From the NCBI RefSeq assembly GCF_009914755.1, contig NC_060946.1: a stretch of 64,000 nucleotides of DNA; one strand, written 5' to 3'. The position numbers were made by a program, and so were the translations under genes. Each line of letters starts with the position of its first letter. Within the stretch, counting starts at the first letter, position 1. The notes under the pieces were generated by a model. The model saw only the letters and a program-made list of their open reading frames with translations. It was not told the origin of the DNA and ran no database searches. The stretch is from the human T2T-CHM13v2.0 reference genome, Homo sapiens. Of this stretch, positions 45,245 through 64,000 are shown in pieces.

Positions 45245-45650
45245 GACGGTGTGGCCAGCTGTGGAGAGGGGGCTGCCACCCCTTGCAGGGACCTGCCTCC
45301 CATGGCCATGTCTGCACACTGGCCCCGAGCCCTCCCAGGACCCCAGTGTACAGACACATTCCTCCTGCCCCCCAGCTCACAGCACCCAACACTGACTCAG
45401 GCACACCTGGGTCTTCACTGCAGATGAAATGGGGCTCTGTTTTTAGTTCCATTTAAGCCTAAATGTTCTTAGACTCCAACCCTGGATTCCACCTGCTGTT
45501 CCAAGGCTTTCCTTGGGCCCTGCTGGGCTCCTCCTTGGCCTCCTTGGGGTTTTGAAGAAGTGATCCCCAAGATTGCTGGGGTTCCTTTCAGGCATGTGAG
45601 AGGACTCATCCCTGGCCCCCTCAGAGGGCTTCTCACTGCCTACAGGCTAA

Positions 45651-45926
<276 letters not shown>

Positions 45927-45929
45927 TAG

Positions 45930-46451
<522 letters not shown>

Positions 46452-46454
46452 TAG

Positions 46455-46694
<240 letters not shown>

Positions 46695-46710
46695 TAAAAC
46701 CAGGGCACCT

Positions 46711-47343
<633 letters not shown>

Positions 47344-47488
47344 TCAAAAGAATGTAGAGCTGGGCTGGACTCCTTAGAAGAAAGTTAAGTTCTGAGTGTG
47401 GGAGGAAGTGCCTGCACCCCCACATCCAGACAGCCCGTCACTCCTGCTGCCGAAGACTGACTTGCTGATTCGGGCTCTGCCTCCATAG

Positions 47489-47779
<291 letters not shown>

Positions 47780-47851
47780 TAGGGATCCCCACCCCACAGA
47801 GAGGAGAATGCCCAGGACCACCCTGCCAGGAGTGTCAGGGTCCAGCTCTGA

Positions 47852-48367
<516 letters not shown>

Positions 48368-49067
48368 TGAGCCTGGGTGAGGGCCAGGGTGGAGGCGGAG
48401 GGGGTGTGTGGAACGTTCTGAGATCCCCTTTAGGATGAAGGGAATCCGGTTCCAGAGAGTGAGGTAGGTGCTAGCAGCCACCTGCTGACCTACACCTGTC
48501 CTTTGGTCACCTCTGTCTGCCCACCTGTGCCAGTAAATTCTTGCTCTGGGCATCTAATTCCAACCACCTTCCCCACAATCCTGCCCACGCCTTCAGCCAT
48601 GGGCTCTCCCTTTCTGGGCATCCCATCCACCCTGTCACCAAAGCCTGAGCACCTGCCACCCCACAGGCTACGTGCCAAAGATGGGCTTTGTCCCAGTTTC
48701 ATATACAGGTCACTTGGCCAAGGCCACAGTCCAACCTGGGTTCATCCCCACTGCCCCGCAGAGAAAGGCAGGTCAGCGTGTCTGCATCCCACCCAGGTGC
48801 AGAAGCCATGGCCGGCAGCCTTATGTGGGGGACAGGGCAGGACACTCAGCCTGTCCAGAGTGCGTATGGGCAGCCCTTGCCTGGGCAGTACGGGTGACCG
48901 AGTGCAGCAGATCGAAAGTTGCCTCGGGGATGTGCAAGATGTGGCAGGCGAGGTGGGTGGCAGGAGCCCACACCTGAGGCTGTTGGCATCAGCCAGTCCA
49001 CAGGACTACAGGCAGGGCCACCACCTAGGCTGGCCTCAGCCCACCGCTCCCTCCTGTCTCTCCCCAG

Positions 49068-49153
49068 GCCCTACATGGATGTGGTCGTCTCCCTGGTCAC
49101 TATCATGTTGGACACGGGCCTGCCCTGTTTTCGCGGCCAATCAAGTTCTTGAA
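49068..49153 (+). pseudogene. PI4KA-derived exon ([10 protein letters not shown]...CFRGQ) with a 4-nt deletion and premature TGA
   Basis: 86 nt where 90 is expected. Reads CGC GGC CAA TCA AGT TCT TGA, with the stop at 49150-49152. Confidence 0.9.
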
Positions 49154-49664
49154 GTAGGTTCCTTGGTGGACAAGCAGGCCATCTGGGGGACAGTTGTCCA
49201 TTAGCTGAGGCTCCATCCAAGATAGGTATCTTTCGTGTAATTGTCACTGTGGTTGTCATCTCCTTGGAACCTCAGAGCAGACAGGGTTCCTAGGTGAGGC
49301 TCTGCCCCTAGACCACAACTGTGAGGGGCCCCTGCTTGTGCCGGCCACACCAAAGACCCACCCAGGGGCCTCTTTATGTCAAGGATGCTACGCCCAACCC
49401 ACCTCCACCCTAAGGTCTGGGGCTGCAGTAGCTTAACTCCCCAATGCTTAGTCCCCTAATACCATGGGACCACTCAGGTGATGCTGGGAAGGGGACAGGG
49501 CCCATGATAGGCCAGGTGTGGCCTTCACAGCACCCCATCTTCCAACATGTGGACCCCAAAGGTACATTTCCAGGGCATGGCTCTCAGCTGAAGTCCGTCC
49601 CCATGGAAGACCCTCCTCCCACTGGGCCAGGGAGCCAGCACGGCCCTGCCCATGGCAGCCCTGA

Positions 49665-49766
<102 letters not shown>

Positions 49767-50956
49767 TGAGTGCCCCGCCCCCCTGCCTTCTCCCACTGCC
49801 TCGGTGGCCACTGGGCACCTGCAGGGCCTTGCCTGCACCAGGCGATGAGGATTCTGCTGTCCCCAAGCCGCCCCTCTCATGAAGACCCAAGTCTTGACAG
49901 GAGCTCTTGAGGAGCAGTGGGGTGCTGGTTTAGGGGGCTGTGGTGTGCCGAGGGGAACACTTGGCAGAGGCCAGGCCCACCTGGGCAGGGCTCGTGAGGC
50001 CGAAGGAGCAATAGGGACACAAGGCCAGGAGTATTAGAACTGAGTGTGGTGTCAGGCCTCCCTCCTCCCAGGAGGGCTGAGGAGTCAGAGCCCACTCCTT
50101 CCCTGCGCCTGCCTTGGGCTGCTTCGTGGGCAGTGACTGGAGGTGCAGGCCGGGCTGCTGGTCACTACTGTGGTGGGAGGAGATGGGTGCAGGGGGCCCT
50201 GGGGAGGGCTGGCTCAGGGTCTGAAGGCAGAGCACCGGGCTGACAGGCTCCCTGCTGTGGGAGTCAGAGGTGGCTTTGAGGGGTCCGGCCTGAACAAAGG
50301 GAGGATGGCGATCCCAGCAAGTGAGCCATCCCCGAAGGGGGCAGCACTTAAACATGTGGGGTTGGTAAGGCCCTGAGGGGCATGTGGGAGCCCAAGGCTG
50401 TGCCATGGGACAGACCACATCCAGACTAGGAGGAGGGGCCCAGGTGTGGCCATCTGCATGGGGAACTGCCGGAGGAGCGTGAGAGGAAGCTGAGACCTGC
50501 CCCCAGGTGGCGCCCGGGTCCAGCACCCTAACAAGGGCACTGTGGAGGCTGGGCACGGAAGGAGCTCTTGCTGATAGGAAGCAGAGAAGCCAGGCGGCCA
50601 GGACCTCAAGAGGGGCTGGGGCAGGGTGAGAAGGGGCTCTCCAGAGGTGCGAGGAGAGCGTACAGACCCCTTGGAGGCATCTGGCCAGGACGAGCCAAGG
50701 GGCCCGAGGCCCATGGGGCAGAGCAGTGGCTCCCACGGATGGAAGCGGTTTGGCTGAGGAGCATGAGGTGGCCTCAGAGTCCCCCGGGTTGGAGCAGATG
50801 TGGTCACTGGGTGGGGGAGGGCACGCCTGGGACATTTGTACCTTCAGGTGCTGGGCAGCCATAAGGGGCTGATTGGACAGGTAGGGCTCCCTGCAGGGAG
50901 GGACCCCAGACCCTGCTGGCTCCTCGAATCTCCCTTCACTCTTCTTGGCCTTTCAG

Positions 50957-51360
50957 GAGCCGGACCTACAACATGATCCAGTACTATCAGAATGACATCC
51001 CCTACTGAGGAGGGGACCTTCGAGGGCCTCTGCCCCATGTGCCCTTGAAGCTGCCCCACAATCATGGAGCCCTGCGACCTACCCGCCCTGCCGCCACATG
51101 CAGTGGAGGAGAGGCCTGTGGCCCGAAGAGCCTGGTAGCGCCTCCTGGGGCAGCACGTGGGTGGCGCAGGCTTAGTAACGCCGTGGACTGCAGCGACAAT
51201 CAGTGGATGGTGCTGTCTATGCACAGGTGTGAGTCCTCTGTTTGCACTGGACATATTCCCTACCTGTTTTATTTCATAGGTACATGAAGTATTGTGTATA
51301 AAAAAAGAGATAAGATTTAACCAACATCAACAAAATAAAAACCCAAAATAGTGCTGTGTT
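50957..51360 (+). pseudogene. PI4KA-derived last exon (SRTYNMIQYYQNDIPY*, stop 51006-51008) and 3' UTR
   Basis: ttcag|g acceptor, native C-terminus, AATAAA downstream. The 3' end is approximate. Confidence 0.9.
51334..51339 (+). terminator. Polyadenylation signal of the PI4KA-type 3' UTR
   Basis: AATAAA followed by GT-rich sequence (51351-51382). A second AATAAA lies at 51772-51777. Confidence 0.7.
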
Positions 51361-51779
51361 GGAATCTGTGAGGTTTTGTGTCAAGTCCTAAGTCCACCTT
51401 CAGCCAAAGGGCAGTTCCTGGATTTGCCCCTAGAGAGGGGGGCCCAGTGTTGGCTGCACTCATAGGCTGGGGCCCAGGAGCACGGGTTGTGGCTTAACAA
51501 ACATGAGATTCCCATAATCTCACCACGGCATAGGTGCACCAAAACACACATTGTGTTTGTCCTGACTGCTGTCTGCCCGCTCCAAAACTGTCTCCCTCAG
51601 GGCTGCCGTGGGGGCCTGTCTGTGGCTCTCCGCAGCATCTTCCCACTGCTCTAGTCTTTCCCTCTTGCTTGTTTTCAAGTGCTGTGCTCTGGAACTCCAA
51701 AATCTTTGTGTGACTAGACCCAGCAAGCATCTACTCCCACCCACCGAGGCCCTGCATCTGAAGCAGATAGGAATAAAGA

Positions 51780-54310
<2,531 letters not shown>

Positions 54311-54444
54311 GTTTACAATACTGGGGAGTGGCTCTAAATCCATGAGCTGTAAGGAAGGAAGGAATCTTTGGAGGCTGAAAAGCCAGTCAAGCTCCTACAT
54401 GACATGGGAGACAGACGACGAACCCACGAGCTTCATCCCTTGAG

Positions 54445-54450
54445 TTTATT
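54445..54450 (-). terminator. TMEM191 polyadenylation signal
   Basis: tttatt on + is AATAAA on -, about 95 nt after the TAA stop. Confidence 0.75.
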
Positions 54451-54519
54451 AGGCAACCTTGGTCTACACTCTCAGGAGAGGAGTGCACCAGAAATAAAGC
54501 CAGGTGCCCTGGAGTCCAC

Positions 54520-57143
<2,624 letters not shown>

Positions 57144-57699
57144 CTAATACCAAATGCAGGCAAGTTGAAGATTGGTTCCCCCACACTGCAGATGGCACTT
57201 GCAAACTGATCGATCTCTTGTGGAAAAGAACCCATAAATATGTTCGTAGCTTTTGACCCAATTATCCTTCTCCTGGGAAATTTATCCCAGAAAGGAGAAA
57301 AAATAATTTAAACCCACTACACACTAAATGGTTCGCTGAAGTGGTTACAGTAGCCACAAAAAAAGGAAACAATTTTAATGATTAAAATGTGCTTGGGTAT
57401 TATGTGGTATGCCTAGAGCTATGATGATGTCTAGTGAAAAAGAATTTGATTTAGCATTTATGCTAAAGTAACTAAGATAAAATACATGAGCAAGATCCGT
57501 AAAGGAAACAGGAGGAAGATAAGCTCTTTCATTGCTTGGTGAGACTGTAGGTAAACTCGTCCTTTTAAGTATTATTATTTTAGAGGCAGGTCCTGCTGTC
57601 ACCAGGCTGGAGTACAGTGGAGCAATCGAGGCTAGCTGCAGCTTCAATCTCCCAGGCTCAAGTGATCCTTCCGCCTTAGCCTCCCAACTTGTCCTTTTA

Positions 57700-57930
57700 A
57701 AATCTGCCTTTATTTGTCCAGTTACAATTATGAACTTGGATGCAAAAATCCAAAATACATTACTAACAAAATCTAAAGGGAAACAGAAATCCATGGAAAC
57801 CAAACAGAGTTTATTCCAGAGATTGTTCAACATCAGAAAATCAGTGTTGTTCACCATATGGACAAACAGGGAAGAACTCCACGATCTCAATGGCGCACTT
57901 CAATAGATGCAGAAAACATGAAGATGAGGG
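57700..57930 (+). mobile_element. Degenerate L1 ORF2 (RT-region) fragment
   Basis: atgaacttggatgcaaaaatcc...ttcaatagatgcagaaaa matches the L1 MNIDAKIL...SIDAEK segment. Confidence 0.75.
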
Positions 57931-57939
57931 TCACCATCT

Positions 57940-61162
<3,223 letters not shown>

Positions 61163-62412
61163 TAAATACACAGGGTGAGTACAGACGGTTGGTAGGACAA
61201 GGAGGAGGATGGGATCAGAAAGGAGGCGGCGAGAGCACCCACCAGGGATGAGGACAAGGGACATGAATGCTGTGCACCAGGAGGGGACATTCTGCAGATG
61301 AAAACTCTGCAGGTCAGAAGGAGAGTTTAGGACGCCTGCTACAACCAAGCACTGGGTCCCCTTTCACTAATGTTGAGAAATGCAAGCAAGACTGAAGGTA
61401 TTTTGGTTACTTATAGTGGACTCAAAACGACCACAGATTGTCTACAGTTCTCACCACCAGTAGGTGGAGCCTGTTTCCCCAGCTCAGGAATCTAGGCTCA
61501 CCCTTGGGTCTTGCTCTGACAAACAAGATGATGCAGAAAAGACTTTGTGGGCCTCCAGAGCGTGGACCTCAGAGCCTTTATAGCCCCTCTCACCCCCTTA
61601 TTTTTTTTTTTTTCTGAGACAGAGTCTTGCTTGGTTGCCCAGGCCAGAGTGCAATAGCACGATCATGGCTCACTGCGGCCTTAACCTCCTGAGACCAAGC
61701 CGTCCCCGTACCTCGGCCTCCCGAGTAGCTGGGACTGGCAGCAGCACCAACCAGCAGGCATGCCGGCAAACCCCCAGCCCCCAGCCAGCCCTGGGATGAC
61801 TGCAGCTTGGCCAGAGCACCCAGGCAAGGTCTGCAGAACCTTTTGAGCACAAGGCCTGTTATGCAGCAAAGAATTACTGGACGTTTGTATTATTCGCAAA
61901 GGATTACTAGTGACTAAATTGTACTCCTATGAATGTGACACTATGCAGCAACCAGGTGACTGGGGTGGGGTGGCTTTACATGAGCTATTCTTGCCATCTC
62001 ATGTTATAATTGGTCCCCTAGTGGTCAAAGTTGAGGTGGGGGAGAGGTGGGGCGGGGACAGAACACAGGGAGAGGAGCTGCTGCATTTCAGCCCCCACCT
62101 CACTGTGCACACGACTTCTGTGAGCGTGTTCAGTCCTTACAACCTAAAGGAGCTGGCACTGAAGGCTTCCATTTACATAGAGGAGGGACACGAGGGTGCA
62201 TGTGTCCTGAAGCTCCACCACCACCCTTGGATTCACACCCGAAGGTTAGAAAGGTGCTATCTGCCAGTGCTGGGCCTGGGGAAAGCCATTTAGGATCTGC
62301 TGCTTCTCTTTCAGATAAACTTTAGAACTGTCTTGTCAAATTCTCCCAAATACATTGTTGGGATTTGATAGGAGTTGCAAAAACAAAGCCTGTATGTGAA
62401 GCGTATATATTA

Positions 62413-62553
<141 letters not shown>

Positions 62554-63075
62554 TTAAAATAAAAATTTTAAAGGGAAGAATGGACACTCTCCATCATCAG
62601 GTATTGGTCCCAGGAACAGAGCATTCCCGTCCAATCCCACAAGTCTTGCCTCAGGCCTCCTACAAATGTGCTATTTCCAAATGGGCTTTTGGCACATTTA
62701 TCAAGGCTATGCCTATGTCACTTGTTTCCCGTTACTATTATGAAAAGGCCTTTCTGAAAATTTCATTTGGAGGCCAGGCATGCTGGCTCATACCTGTAAT
62801 CCCAGCACTTTGGGAGGTTGAGGTGAGTGCATCTCTTGAGCTCAGGAGTTCAAGACCAGTCTGGGCAACATGGCATAACCTCATCTCTATCAAAAATACA
62901 AAAATTAGCTGGGTGTGGTGGTGTGCGCCTGTGGTCCCAGCTACTCAGGAGGCTGAGGTGGAGGATTGCGGGAGCCCGGGAAGCAGAGGCAGTGAGCCAA
63001 GAGCTACACTCCAGCCTGGGTGACAGAGCAACTGTCTAAAAGAAAAAAGGAGAAAATTGCATTTGGGATATACAT

Positions 63076-63770
63076 ATTACAGGTTAAATTGGGTCCCCCC
63101 GAATTCATATTGGAGTCCTAATTTTCAATACCTCAGAATGTGGCCTTAACTTGAAAACAGGGTCACTGCAGGTGTGATTAAGATGGGGTCTCAGCCGGGC
63201 GCGGTGGCTCATGCCTGTAATCCCAGCACTTTGGGAGGCCGAGGAGGGTGGATCACAAGGTCAGGAGATCAAGACCATCCTGGCTAACACAGTGAAACCC
63301 CGTCTCCACTAACAATACAAAAAATTAGCCGGGTGCAGTGGCGAGCGCCTGTAGTCCCAGCTCCTTGGGAGGTTGAGGCAGGGGAATGGCGTGAACCCAG
63401 GAGGCGGAGCTTGCAGTGAGCCAAGATCGTGCCACTGCACTCCCTCCTGGGCCACAGAGCAAGACTCTGTCTCAAAAAAAAAAAAAAAAAAAAAGATGGG
63501 GTCTCATTGGAGCAGGGTGGGACCCCATCCAATATGACTGATGTCCTTATGAAGTGGGAACTTGGCCACAGACGACACGCACACAGGCCCTCGAGGAAAG
63601 CGCCATGTGAAGGATGGAGTTCCGCTCCAGAAGCCAAGGAGTCACCAGGGGCTACGCAAGGGGCCAGACTCAGAGCCTCGCCGAGAGCCTGCAGGCGAGC
63701 ATGGTCTCCACTGCCTCCACTGTGAGATGTGAACACCTGTGCTGCAGTGGCCGCAGGGAGCCAGTCCCGA
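63076..63770 (+). mobile_element. MLT1 LTR interrupted by an AluY (~63193-63494) with TSD aagatggggtctca
   Basis: MLT1-like 5' part (acctcagaatgtggcctt...cagggtcactgcaggtgtgattaag) resumes after the Alu (cattggagcagggtggg...ccaatatgactgatgtcctt). Confidence 0.78.
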
Positions 63771-64000
63771 GGGTCACACCGTGATGTCTGTCTGCAAGGG
63801 CCCAGCTGCTCTTACTGAGGCCTTTCCAGCGCAGCCGCCTCTCCACATTAGAGAGGATCAGCCTGGGCACATGGCTTGTGGTAGAAGGCCCTGATCACAC
63901 CACAAACGCAGAGAGCGGCTTGTGATGCTCAGGTTTTCATGGCCACGTGGCTTCAGCCTCAGCAAGGAGGGCACCGGGCCCACGTCCGAGGGTTTACCTG

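Noticed and set aside
49930-50862. 310-aa minus-strand ORF, the longest in the track
   Set aside because: Antisense to a GC-rich PI4KA intron, P/S/A-rich, with no recognisable motif or exon signals.

Overview
Human (primate) genomic DNA from a 22q11.21 low-copy repeat; Alu-dense, with two CpG islands. (1) On the + strand is a ~44.5 kb chimeric unprocessed pseudogene of the PI4KAP2/PI4KAP1 type. Its promoter, exon 1 (to 7050), 25 kb intron 1 and exon 2 (32275-32372, encoding MVSGPLALR) are a copy of the 5' end of HIC2. These are followed by 16 PI4KA-derived exons (35987-51008). The PI4KA part has an in-frame multi-exon internal deletion, intact catalytic motifs (IFK.GDD.RQD, DRHNGN, DFG) and only two frame lesions (-1 nt at ~36009, -4 nt at ~49140). 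(2) On the - strand, convergent with it, is an intact 10-exon TMEM191 gene (TMEM191C/B type, 54546-57032) encoding a coiled-coil protein with one C-terminal transmembrane helix. Top hypotheses: the TMEM191 C-terminal tail looks like an unrecognised KASH peptide (candidate LINC-complex component), and a cryptic acceptor at 35957 would put the HIC2 start codon in frame with the PI4KA kinase exons because of the -1 lesion. Paralog assignment (P2/C versus P1/B) cannot be settled from this window alone. All comparisons with reference proteins are from memory and need alignment.
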